DNA from: Patescibacteria group bacterium | GTDB taxonomy: Bacteria; Patescibacteriota; Patescibacteriia; WFTA01; S139-112 | Assembly (NCBI GenBank): GCA_015485695.1 | Contig: WFTB01000002.1 | Span: 1 to 61,893 of the forward strand | Length of the DNA stretch: 61,893 nt | Direction: 5' to 3' | Shown here: positions 8,858 to 18,362 of the stretch, piece by piece | Layout: every line of letters begins with the position of its first letter | How positions within the stretch are numbered: the stretch's first letter is position 1 | Notes under the pieces: model-generated | Databases searched by the model: none | What the model saw: only the letters and a program-made list of their open reading frames with translations | Told to the model about the DNA's origin: nothing | Translations under genes and position numbers: made by a program

Positions 8858-10600
8858 ATGCAAAGTGATATTGAAAACTTGAGACATTCCGTTGCTCATT
8901 TGCTGGCTTCCGCCGTGATTAAATTGTGGCCCGAAACGAAAGCGACAATCGGACCTCCAATCGATGACGGTTTTTATTATGATTTTGAATTTAAAAACCC
9001 GATATCGGACAAGGATTTCGCGAAGATAGAAAAACAAATGAAAAAGGAATTGCAGTCTTGGGAAGGATTCGAAAAAATAGAAGTTACTCCAAATGAAGCA
9101 CTGAAACGATTCGAAGACAATGAATACAAAGAAGAAATAATCAAAGAACTCGTCGAAAAAAACGAAAATATAACATTGTATAAATCCGGAGATTTTGTTG
9201 ATTTGTGTCGTGGTGGACATGTTGATAATCCCCGCAAAGAATTAAAATATTTTAAATTGCTGTCAATCGCCGGCGCGTACTGGAGAGGCGATGAAAACAA
9301 CAAAATGTTGACCAGAATATACGGAACCGCCTTTTTTACGCAAGAAGAGCTCGATAAACATCTTGAACTTCTCGAAGAAGCCAAAAAAAGAGACCACCGC
9401 AAATTGGGCAAAGAGCTTGATTTGTTCACATTTTCAAACCTTGTAGGGTCCGGTCTTCCGCTGTTCACGCCAAAAGGCACGTTGCTTAGAGATTTGATAA
9501 CGGAGAAAATACAAAATATACAAAAAAAATTCGGGTACGAGCGCGTGACCATACCGCATATAACGAAAAAAGACTTATACGAAACATCCGGACATTGGGA
9601 TAAATTCGGAGACGAATTGTTCAAGGTAAAAGGACAATCGGACGCGGAATTCGTAATTAAACCGATGAACTGCCCTCACCACACGCAAATATACGCAAGC
9701 AGACCAAGAAGCTACAAAGAACTTCCCATTCGATACATGGAATCGACCATGGTATACAGAGATGAGCAAGCCGGTGAACTGTTGGGCTTGTCCAGGGTCA
9801 GAAGCATAACTCAAGACGATGCCCATATTTTCTGCACGCCGGAACAAATAAGCGATGAAATAGGTATAATCGTCGAGGTAATCAAGCAATTTTACACTTC
9901 CCTTTCCATGTGGGACGCAGAATCGTTTTGGGTTTCACTGTCGTCCAGGGACCCGAAAACCCCTGAGAAATATCTCGGAGATCCGGATAGATGGGACGAG
10001 GCTGAATCCATCCTCGAAAATGTCGCGAAAAAATACAATCTGCCTTTCAAGCAAGTTCCCGGAGAAGCGGCGTTTTACGGACCGAAACTCGACTTCATGT
10101 TCAAAGATTCAATGGGAAGAGAGTGGCAACTGGCGACAGCGCAACTTGATTTTGTCATGCCCGACAGGTTCGAATTGGAATACACGAATGAAGACGGCAA
10201 AAAAGAAAGAACGGTAATGATACACAGAGCGGTCGCGGGATCTCTTGAGAGGTTTTTGTCGGTCATAATAGAGCATTTCGCGGGAGCTTTTCCTCTGTGG
10301 CTGTCCCCTGTTCAAGTTCATATCATACCCGTAAGCGACAAACACCATGACTATGCAAATTCACTTTCAGAAGAATTTCTACAAGAAAACATACGAACTC
10401 AAACCGATTTTGTGAATGAAACTGTGGGCAAGAAAATCAGAAACGCATCAACTCAAAAAATACCGTACATTTTGGTAATCGGAGACAATGAAGTCGAAAA
10501 CGGTATTTTAACGATAAGAAAACGCGGACAAGAAGAACAGATAAAAATGAATAAGACCGACTTTATCGAGGATTTAAAAAACGAGATTAACGGATCCTAA
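8858..10600 (+). CDS. thrS: threonyl-tRNA synthetase (no N-terminal TGS domain)
   Basis: Editing/SAD-domain HxxxH (LRHSVAHLLA), class II core motifs (FRDEQAGELLGLSRVRSITQDDAHIF) and a C-terminal anticodon-binding domain. It is 580 aa and starts directly in the second additional domain. Confidence 0.95.
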   Translation: MQSDIENLRHSVAHLLASAVIKLWPETKATIGPPIDDGFYYDFEFKNPISDKDFAKIEKQMKKELQSWEGFEKIEVTPNEALKRFEDNEYKEEIIKELVEKNENITLYKSGDFVDLCRGGHVDNPRKELKYFKLLSIAGAYWRGDENNKMLTRIYGTAFFTQEELDKHLELLEEAKKRDHRKLGKELDLFTFSNLVGSGLPLFTPKGTLLRDLITEKIQNIQKKFGYERVTIPHITKKDLYETSGHWDKFGDELFKVKGQSDAEFVIKPMNCPHHTQIYASRPRSYKELPIRYMESTMVYRDEQAGELLGLSRVRSITQDDAHIFCTPEQISDEIGIIVEVIKQFYTSLSMWDAESFWVSLSSRDPKTPEKYLGDPDRWDEAESILENVAKKYNLPFKQVPGEAAFYGPKLDFMFKDSMGREWQLATAQLDFVMPDRFELEYTNEDGKKERTVMIHRAVAGSLERFLSVIIEHFAGAFPLWLSPVQVHIIPVSDKHHDYANSLSEEFLQENIRTQTDFVNETVGKKIRNASTQKIPYILVIGDNEVENGILTIRKRGQEEQIKMNKTDFIEDLKNEINGS

Positions 10601-10717
10601 AAAACGCTTGAAAAGTTATTCAGTTTGCTCGATTGTCACCTAACAAAAGAGTAATCCGCATTTATAAGCAAGCAAGACCGTTTGCGCGCAAAGACTGGTT
10701 TTCCAATGTGTGTTTTG

Positions 10718-12250
10718 TTATTTTTTGATTCTCGCCTTTTCTGTGTTCCAAAACACGAGCGGTTTGTTGAAAAACAATCTCATTTGAGCATCAATCGCCG
10801 GTATCGAACCGAATATGATAAGAGTGAAAGGCAATAACAACCATTGCAATACAACAGTGGAATATTTTACCCACGCGTTCTTTGGCGGTTTCCTGGAAGG
10901 CAATAACAGAATATTGAACAACGCCGAAAAAAACATGCCAATCATCGCAAATTGAAGAATCTGCTCAAGAACAAACGGAGCGTTTTGAACAAGCACGGAT
11001 GTATTGTTTTGTTTTGACGCCATATACAGAGGTAATCTGCTGAAAATAGCCAAAAACAACGGAGCGGTGACCCATGAAAACTGACCTTCTATAAACTTCC
11101 ATAAATATCTGGTTTTTTCCCAACGTGAAATGTTTTTGTGTTTTTTGAATTCCGTCCACAAGTACGGCTGATGCTCAACCGACCAAGCCCAGCGTTTCAT
11201 CTGATTATATTGATTGACTACTGTTCTCCAAAGACCGTCAACCGCGACGGTATCCATGTTAATCGGCACATACATGGGGACCAATTCGTACTCCCCTTCA
11301 TATCTTAAATAACACTGTAGGAATATTCGAGAATCCTCGGTTATTATTGTTTTATCCCAATATCCCACATCCACAAGCGCGCGCCAAGACATTGAATGAG
11401 AAGAAAATGTCATAAACTGTTCCGGACGCGACAGTTCGGTCATAAGCCAAAACGTTGTGGAATTGGCGACAACTCTCGTAAAACTTGGAGATTCCCAAAT
11501 ATTGTTATTATAAAGAGCCAAAGGCTGATAACTCGCTCTTGTTGGGTTAGGGTGTGTAAGATACGCATAAGACAAACGAGCGAAATATTGCGGATGAACC
11601 ACGGTGTCGCAATCAAAATTCGACACAATCAAATCATCATACGGAATATGCAGTTCCTCGTCCAATATTTTTTTGAAACGCTCTGCCATATAAACCGCAT
11701 TGGCGCTCTTTCCTATTACTTCCCCGGGTAAGTCCTTTGGGTGAGTTGACGTTATAAACTTGAAAAATTTATCGCCGTATTTTTCGGTTATCGCTTTTTC
11801 GCGTTCGAGCCACCCCTCTCCGGCTCTCTCCTCGCCACCTAGCAATACGATAATTTTATCAAGCGGATATTCGCTTTCCATGAGTTTGTCCATTGTGTTC
11901 TCCAGAACTTCCAAAGGCTCTTTCCAATGAGGCAAAAAAACAACATGATACAATTTGTCCCAATCTTTGATTCTTCGAACGCGAGCGAACCAATCGATTG
12001 CGATTTCTTTGCGGTATTTCGTCCATGAAATGAAAAGATAAACCACGAAATAACCGACTCGCACCAGCCATAAAAAAGCGTACAAGATGATAAAATATAT
12101 CGCCCATAAAGGTCTGACAAAAGAAATTACCGTCAATAGCGCAAAAGCGAATATGACAAAAGAACCCGGCAACATTTGAAGAAGTCTGTATTTTTTCTCC
12201 GGAGAAATTTTTTTCAAAAAAAACAAAACACCACCGTAATTATTTTTCAT
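10718..12250 (-). CDS. membrane-embedded processive GT2-type glycan synthase (cellulose/chitin-synthase-like)
   Basis: Two N-terminal and several C-terminal TM helices. Motifs are FDCDTVV (DxD), ITEDSRIF (TED) and QMKRWAWS (QxxRW). The start is placed at MKNNYGG; the track ORF extends to 12280. Confidence 0.75.
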   Translation of the reverse strand: MKNNYGGVLFFLKKISPEKKYRLLQMLPGSFVIFAFALLTVISFVRPLWAIYFIILYAFLWLVRVGYFVVYLFISWTKYRKEIAIDWFARVRRIKDWDKLYHVVFLPHWKEPLEVLENTMDKLMESEYPLDKIIVLLGGEERAGEGWLEREKAITEKYGDKFFKFITSTHPKDLPGEVIGKSANAVYMAERFKKILDEELHIPYDDLIVSNFDCDTVVHPQYFARLSYAYLTHPNPTRASYQPLALYNNNIWESPSFTRVVANSTTFWLMTELSRPEQFMTFSSHSMSWRALVDVGYWDKTIITEDSRIFLQCYLRYEGEYELVPMYVPINMDTVAVDGLWRTVVNQYNQMKRWAWSVEHQPYLWTEFKKHKNISRWEKTRYLWKFIEGQFSWVTAPLFLAIFSRLPLYMASKQNNTSVLVQNAPFVLEQILQFAMIGMFFSALFNILLLPSRKPPKNAWVKYSTVVLQWLLLPFTLIIFGSIPAIDAQMRLFFNKPLVFWNTEKARIKK

Positions 12251-12453
12251 AATTTTTCCGTAAAAACAAAAACACAGCATCCCTGGGAGCTGTCTTGAAA
12301 CTAACAGAAAAACGAATAAAAATCAATTTTTCCGCGTCAAATGCGCGCTATTCTCAAATCGTCGGATAAAATGCACGACGGACTTCGGATTGTTCAGCCA
12401 TATACATGGCTCTTTGATTGAATGAAATCAAAAAGCCATGAAATGAGTGAAAA

Positions 12454-13245
12454 TCACTTGATAAGAATTCCTCTAACCATCAAACGCTGTTTTGTCGCTC
12501 CTATCGGCCAAGAAGTCACGAGCGTCACGACCGACCCTTCTCTGTCCGCGAAAAACAGAGATTTGTCGGAATTTTCAGTGATTCGTTTTTCATAGATTCG
12601 ATAATTGTAATTTATCTTTTTGCCGGTGCTTTGCGTTTGAACTATACTGAACGTGTCGCCTATCTCCAGCTGTCTCAGTTCGCGAAAAATTTTATTATAC
12701 TTCCCTCTGCTCCAAAAATAATTGGACGAGTGACCTGTCAAATAAGCGTTTCCTTCTTGCCCCGGAAATCCGGTCCCGGGATAATACGCTACCCCGTTAT
12801 CCATTGCGTCTTGTATATCGGACTCCGCTCGAGAAACCGGATACGTAATGGGAGCGGATATGTTTATTTTCGGAATATGTATGCTCAAATCGGGTCTTCC
12901 CGCCCCTGTCGGGTCGTATCCGAATTTGATTTCCATTGTGTCGGAATAGCCGTCGCGATCCGTGTCCTTCATGTATGGATGCGTTCCGTAAACATCTTCC
13001 TCGACATCGGAAAGCCCGTCTCTGTCCGAATCCACCCTTATAAAGCCGGATACTATTTTTGAGGCTATTTTATCGCTCAAAGATGAAATATCTTTGCTAA
13101 CCCGTTGAGCGTTTATGACTGAAACATCGTATCCGAAATACAACCACATTGACATTATCAAACTTGAAATTATTGCGACTTTTGAAATTTTTTTCAATTC
13201 GATTTTCATAAATTCGTACAATCGATTATTAAAATCAATCACCAA
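12454..13245 (-). CDS. sortase-family transpeptidase homologue with Ser in place of the catalytic Cys, plus TSP3-type Ca-binding repeats
   Basis: N-terminal TM. D-rich repeats are DSDRDGLSDVEED and DTDRDGYSD. The sortase core has LTGHS (His), VVTLVTSWP (the TLxTC position encoded by TCT = Ser) and RLMVRG (Arg). An alternative start is the Met at 13209. Confidence 0.8.
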   Translation of the reverse strand: MVIDFNNRLYEFMKIELKKISKVAIISSLIMSMWLYFGYDVSVINAQRVSKDISSLSDKIASKIVSGFIRVDSDRDGLSDVEEDVYGTHPYMKDTDRDGYSDTMEIKFGYDPTGAGRPDLSIHIPKINISAPITYPVSRAESDIQDAMDNGVAYYPGTGFPGQEGNAYLTGHSSNYFWSRGKYNKIFRELRQLEIGDTFSIVQTQSTGKKINYNYRIYEKRITENSDKSLFFADREGSVVTLVTSWPIGATKQRLMVRGILIK

Positions 13246-13275
13246 ATCATTTTATTCGACGGAATATCGAGTTTT

Positions 13276-16200
13276 TCAGTTTACAAAGTTTGGAGTTCTC
13301 CTTTTCCTGGATCTCATGCGACGTTGTGAGTTGAATACGAATCCGGCAATCGTCATGACAATCAACATAGCGCCGTAAATGAAGTTGACGGTTGGAATCC
13401 CGGCTCCGGCTCGCGGTGTTTCTTCCGGCGGAGTAAACGTTTCACCGAGAACCCTTGTCACTCGGATTTGGAGCTCATCGGTATCAATCGCGCATTGATC
13501 TCTAACTGTCAATCTAGCTGTATATACACCCACTTTATCAATTATCAACGAAGCTTTCGGTTCTGTCGAAGTGAAACCTACGTCAAACACTTCCCATTGA
13601 TAATTTAGAGTGTTTCCGTTCGGGTCAAACGAATTTGTACCATCGAGCAGTATAGGTTCACCCTCGTTTACGGTAATGTCCGGTCCCGCTATGGCCGCGG
13701 GAGCGTCATTTAGGACACAAGGGTTAACACCTCCACCGCCTTTAACCGTTATAAGAAGTTCATCGGAAGACGAGCTACAAGAATCTTCGACATTGAGTTT
13801 CGCCAAGTATTGACCCGGAGTCCCTATTGAAGAGCTTGTGATTTTGTCGTTTGATTTGAAATTTACTGCGTCAATCGACCATTTATACTTTAGATCATCC
13901 GGTGAAACCTCTGAATCCGTGGTTCCGGACGCGTCAAGCACAAATGTCTCTCCGGGATTTACCGTGATGTCGGATCCGGCGACAGCGATCGGCGGAACAT
14001 CATCTCCTTGACAACCTCCCGGAACTTTCGGAACCGATACGATTACAATGTCGTCAGTGTCTTCCGCGCAACCGTCCGATACGGTCAATACCGCCGTGTA
14101 GGTTCCGGATTGGTTAAATTGAGTCGTTACATTGTCTCCGGTATAATTGAGTCCAAGTTCCGGAATTGTCCAGTTATAAGTCAAAGAATCATTATCTGCG
14201 TCATATGAACCGCTTCCATCAAATGTAACGTAATCCCCCTGAGTTATGCTCATGCTTTCTCTCGCGACAGCGATCGGAGCTGTGTTTCCTTCACATGATA
14301 CGACTCGAGGTTCAACCGTTATTTGCGTTTCGGTGGTGGCGCTCGTGCACTGATCGTAAACGGTCAAGGTCACAGTGTACACACCGTCCGAGGTTGGAGA
14401 AAATTCGAATTCCTCATCGGTCGATATCACATTCCCGTCAATTCTCCATTCGTATGTGAGCTGATCGGCATCACTGTCCGTGGAACCCGAAGCGCTGAAA
14501 TTCACGCTTTCACCGAATTTTATTATTGAATCGGTTGGAGTGATTTCCGGAATCGGAGCGTTGTTGCCCGCGCACGGATTCGAACCTCCGGATTTTACAT
14601 CGATAATAACACTGTCAACGTCAGCGGAACAACCGTCTTTAACAGTCAAGAAAGCTTCATAAGTCCCTGTATTTTCAAACGTAACATTTGCCGTTACGGT
14701 GTCAAAAGTAAGTCCGAGAGATGGAATACTCCACTCATAAGTAAGGTTATCCGAATCAGCGTCGGAAGAGCTCGAGCCGTCAAGAGTTACCGTTTCACCC
14801 TTCATGATAACCTTGTCTTCTCCGGCGTCAGCGCTCGGCTTCGTGTTTCCCGCGCATTGATCCGGCGGGTTCACTATGGGAGTGTACTCATCATCGCATA
14901 TCCAAGAATTCTCATCGTCTTTATCGCCAAGCTCGGAAGCCCAAGCGCACGCTTTGTTGTAGATATCGGGATCTTCGGAAGTTATATCGTTATCGGTCAC
15001 AACCTCGACGACGACTTCGTTGCTCTCTCCCGGTTCCATTGTCCCAAAATTCCAAACATTATCTCCATCGTAAGGAGTCGGATTGGAAGATACGAATGTG
15101 GTTCTGCTATCGTAAAATTCACGAAGCTCCACTCCCCCTCCGGTACAGTTGGCTGAACCGACGTTTTCGAGGTTTATCGTGTATGTGATGGTGTCGCCGG
15201 CATAAACATAAGGAACGTCATCTGTCTTTGTAATCTTCAAATCACAAACTCCGCCACCATCAACAACGTCAACAACCATTGTCGATGTGTCGCTTGCGCA
15301 ACCGTCGGATACGGTAAGCGTGACCGTGTATTCTCCGGTTTCTTGAGGAGTGATTGTAAAAGTTTCTTCCGATGACACCGTTTCACCGTTTATTTTCCAC
15401 TCATAGGTAAGATTATCCGAATCAGCGTCGGAAGAGCTCGAACCGTCAAGAGTTACCGTTTCACCAAGAGTCACGGAGTTTCCGACACCGCTTATGACAG
15501 CTTTCGGAGATTCATTGTTCAAACACGGATTAGGCGCGCTTTCTTCATAGAAAGCAATGGTTTCAACGTCGTTGTAAGGATTAACATTATAATCCGCTTG
15601 TTCAACGGCGCATGTTTCCGTATCGATTTTGAACAATACATTGCTTCCGTGTCTTGCTCCTATCAAATCCCCGTTAATATTGAATTCAAGAGCTTCAACC
15701 GGAGCCGGAAGCCCGGAACATACAGGTGTTGCGACATTTGCGTTCGGGTCAAATTTTATCAATTTGTCGGCGTTTACTCCGTATAGGTATTCTCCGTTCA
15801 TGTCCCAAGCTATACCTTCCCAGTTATCGCCTATACCGGGCCCAGACACTTGCCATACAAGAGTAGCATCTCCAGTGGACAAATCCACATTCACCAAACC
15901 GCGATCTTCTTGGAATCCCCACAATGTTCCATCGGGGTTAAACGAAGCGGACACTATCTCATCGCTCACGGCTCCCGAATTTCCAATCAAAGTAAGGTCG
16001 CCCGTTTCGGTATTCACCGTATAAACATTACCTCCGAGGTTTCCTCCGTTACCGGAAATTGCGTACAAAACTCCTGTGGAAGGATGAAAATCGGACGCTT
16101 CTATATCGTAATACTTAAGATTCCCACCCAAAGGACTCGGAGAATTTACGGACGTGTCCAGGGTGAAAAATTGACTGTCAGCTCCTCCCGTATCTTGAAC

Positions 16201-16413
16201 TCCGTACAAGACCTCAACGTCGGAATTATCCGATGCCGCTTGACCGTTTTTTAATACGGAAGGCGCTATTACCAAGGTTATTATTAAAAGACCTACCGCA
16301 AAAGACGATATCATCGCCATTTTGCTTGCGCGATACGCTCGCGCCCATTCGCGCATTTTTTTATCAAAACGCGATTCTCGACGAACGAGATTGAATTTAA
16401 TTGACTTTTTCAT
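13276..16413 (-). CDS. giant surface adhesin: N-terminal propeller-like region, about six PKD-like domains, one DUF11-like domain, C-terminal TM plus basic tail
   Basis: Repeated TLDGSSS.DAD.D.LTYEW...TVTLTV.DGC modules and a DUF11-like segment (CDLKITKTDD..GDTITYTINLENVG). The C-terminus reads TPRAGAGIPTVNFIYGAMLIVMTIAGFVFNSQRRMRSRKRR. The ATG at 16413 is preferred over the GTG at 16434. Confidence 0.85.
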   Translation of the reverse strand: MKKSIKFNLVRRESRFDKKMREWARAYRASKMAMISSFAVGLLIITLVIAPSVLKNGQAASDNSDVEVLYGVQDTGGADSQFFTLDTSVNSPSPLGGNLKYYDIEASDFHPSTGVLYAISGNGGNLGGNVYTVNTETGDLTLIGNSGAVSDEIVSASFNPDGTLWGFQEDRGLVNVDLSTGDATLVWQVSGPGIGDNWEGIAWDMNGEYLYGVNADKLIKFDPNANVATPVCSGLPAPVEALEFNINGDLIGARHGSNVLFKIDTETCAVEQADYNVNPYNDVETIAFYEESAPNPCLNNESPKAVISGVGNSVTLGETVTLDGSSSSDADSDNLTYEWKINGETVSSEETFTITPQETGEYTVTLTVSDGCASDTSTMVVDVVDGGGVCDLKITKTDDVPYVYAGDTITYTINLENVGSANCTGGGVELREFYDSRTTFVSSNPTPYDGDNVWNFGTMEPGESNEVVVEVVTDNDITSEDPDIYNKACAWASELGDKDDENSWICDDEYTPIVNPPDQCAGNTKPSADAGEDKVIMKGETVTLDGSSSSDADSDNLTYEWSIPSLGLTFDTVTANVTFENTGTYEAFLTVKDGCSADVDSVIIDVKSGGSNPCAGNNAPIPEITPTDSIIKFGESVNFSASGSTDSDADQLTYEWRIDGNVISTDEEFEFSPTSDGVYTVTLTVYDQCTSATTETQITVEPRVVSCEGNTAPIAVARESMSITQGDYVTFDGSGSYDADNDSLTYNWTIPELGLNYTGDNVTTQFNQSGTYTAVLTVSDGCAEDTDDIVIVSVPKVPGGCQGDDVPPIAVAGSDITVNPGETFVLDASGTTDSEVSPDDLKYKWSIDAVNFKSNDKITSSSIGTPGQYLAKLNVEDSCSSSSDELLITVKGGGGVNPCVLNDAPAAIAGPDITVNEGEPILLDGTNSFDPNGNTLNYQWEVFDVGFTSTEPKASLIIDKVGVYTARLTVRDQCAIDTDELQIRVTRVLGETFTPPEETPRAGAGIPTVNFIYGAMLIVMTIAGFVFNSQRRMRSRKRRTPNFVN
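14731..14799. repeat. 69-nt intragenic direct repeat, copy 1
   Basis: 66/69 nt identical to 15397-15465. Encodes GETVTLDGSSSSDADSDNLTYEW. Confidence 0.9.
15397..15465. repeat. 69-nt intragenic direct repeat, copy 2
   Basis: 66/69 nt identical to 14731-14799. The offset is 666 nt, which is in frame. Confidence 0.9.
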
Positions 16414-16538
16414 ATATGCGATTACTCTCCTCACGAATCGGCATGGAAATTTCGTTTAAGGATATGTTAATTAATTAATAATTTGGCTACTCGCGACTAT
16501 AAGACGATAATCGCGAGACAGTCAAATTATTATATGTT

Positions 16539-18170
16539 TTATCTTAAAGGTTCTCCGACTCTGTATGAACTTAAATGTTTTGAATTGACTTGCACTATAT
16601 CGCCCTTGTCCAAATTGTATCTCTCGAAAGCTCCGCTATCCACTATTCTTCGAATCACTCCGTTGTGCAAATAATATACGGAATCGTCTTTGTCGCTTGT
16701 TATCAGTTTCGCGTATTTGTAAGAATTTATGTCTTGCTCGTTTACTTCTACTATGTCCGACCAATTGTTTGACGGATACGATTTGAACACATCCGCATTC
16801 GGTATCGCTATTTTAATATTTCTGTCCGGGTAAACATAGAATACCGTAGGGTTGCTTGAAGATTTCAATAATCTTGCTTCGGGGTATTTTTCAAGTTCTG
16901 AAGGATGAATGATTCGAACATCGTCCCATGAATATCCATAGCTTTCAAAACTTTCGGGACTGGTTATTCTATGGCGTTTTCCATTTATTATCGTATAAAC
17001 AAACGCGCTATGAATCGGTTTGTACAAAGCCTTGCCGGGCTCCGGCTTTACCGGAGTGAACGAATCCGGAACGGTCGGATTTTCGGATTCTGTTTTTGCT
17101 CCTAAAACTCGCGGTTTGTTTTTCTTTTTCGGATTATCTGAAGATTTTATCGTCATTTTCTGTTGAGGGGCTATTTGGTTTTGCTTCGGAGCGTAATCCG
17201 AAGCGTCCGAACTTCCTTTTGTCATGAATGTATATGAAAATTCTTTTGAAGGAGCGACGCCCGACTGTCCGAATATATCTTTTATCATTATCCTATAATA
17301 GTACTGGGTTCCGGGCTTGAGTCCCGATATTTCCACCGACTGATTCCTTCGCATAACCCGAACGGATACTCGTTTGTTAAGTTTTTCCGGACTGCTACCA
17401 TATAAGACGCTACCTGTAGCCGGTCTTGATGTTGACCAAGAAATTGTCGCGGTACTCTCTCCAATCCCGGGGTCAGATTTCGCCAGAGGACTTATTTCCA
17501 GGAATCTTGGCGGAGACTTGTCTATTTCTTTTGAAAAATACGTTTTAAACGAACGAGGAATCGTAACTGATTCGTTGCCGGACTTGTCTGTCGATCTTAT
17601 TCGAAAAGAATACGAAGTATCCTCTTTGAGTCCGGTTATTTTCATACCGTGTTCTTCCATCAATCTGCTTTCGGACACTCGCCTTTCGCCCACTCTCTTT
17701 GTTCCGTATTCGATTTTGTCTCTTGTGGGCTCATCGGTTTTCCACGTTATGAACACAACGCTCGACCCCACATACTCGATTCTCACATCGCTTATCTTCG
17801 GGGCTTGCTTGTCAATTCTTTTTCCTGTTTTAAATTTGTTGTTCAAAGATTCCACTCTTTGCGTGTCGGTTTCGGAAATCACGCGATAGTAATACCAAGT
17901 TTCGGGGCGAAGATTCGCAAGCTCTATTCTGTGTGATTGTTCGTTTTTGTTTACGCAAGTCTTGAATTCATAATTCTTGTTCTGCCCGAATTCTACACAT
18001 GCCGTCGCGTTTTTATTGGTAGTCCATGATATGACCGCATCCGTTCCGGTAACGCTTATGTCCATGCTTTTAATGCGAAGAGATGACACCGCAAAAGCAA
18101 TTCCGGGCTGAATGCCCAAAAGCATCACGGACAGAAATATGGCGGTAAATTTGAGTATATATTCTCTCAT
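16539..18170 (-). CDS. secreted protein with three Fn3/PAP-N-like domains and three C-terminal ~55-aa repeats
   Basis: Signal peptide. The pattern ISWTT...A.VE.G......H.I.L..L.P.T.YYYR recurs three times. The C-terminus has three copies of a V(Y/F)Y...NGxxRxI.S...F..Y......V..V....L..Y-type repeat. Confidence 0.8.
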   Translation of the reverse strand: MREYILKFTAIFLSVMLLGIQPGIAFAVSSLRIKSMDISVTGTDAVISWTTNKNATACVEFGQNKNYEFKTCVNKNEQSHRIELANLRPETWYYYRVISETDTQRVESLNNKFKTGKRIDKQAPKISDVRIEYVGSSVVFITWKTDEPTRDKIEYGTKRVGERRVSESRLMEEHGMKITGLKEDTSYSFRIRSTDKSGNESVTIPRSFKTYFSKEIDKSPPRFLEISPLAKSDPGIGESTATISWSTSRPATGSVLYGSSPEKLNKRVSVRVMRRNQSVEISGLKPGTQYYYRIMIKDIFGQSGVAPSKEFSYTFMTKGSSDASDYAPKQNQIAPQQKMTIKSSDNPKKKNKPRVLGAKTESENPTVPDSFTPVKPEPGKALYKPIHSAFVYTIINGKRHRITSPESFESYGYSWDDVRIIHPSELEKYPEARLLKSSSNPTVFYVYPDRNIKIAIPNADVFKSYPSNNWSDIVEVNEQDINSYKYAKLITSDKDDSVYYLHNGVIRRIVDSGAFERYNLDKGDIVQVNSKHLSSYRVGEPLR

Positions 18171-18362
18171 AAGAATTTAATTCTTTATCATGGCTTTGAC
18201 GGGTCATTTAACCATATTAACTTGAATTTGTCAAGCACATGTCTTGGAATACACTTAAAATCCGTAAAAAACGGCTAATTTAAGCGATTGTATGCAGTTT
18301 TGATGAAAAATATGCTATACTGTCTCCATTAAAAAACAAGGCAGGGTTTATTTTATGCATCT

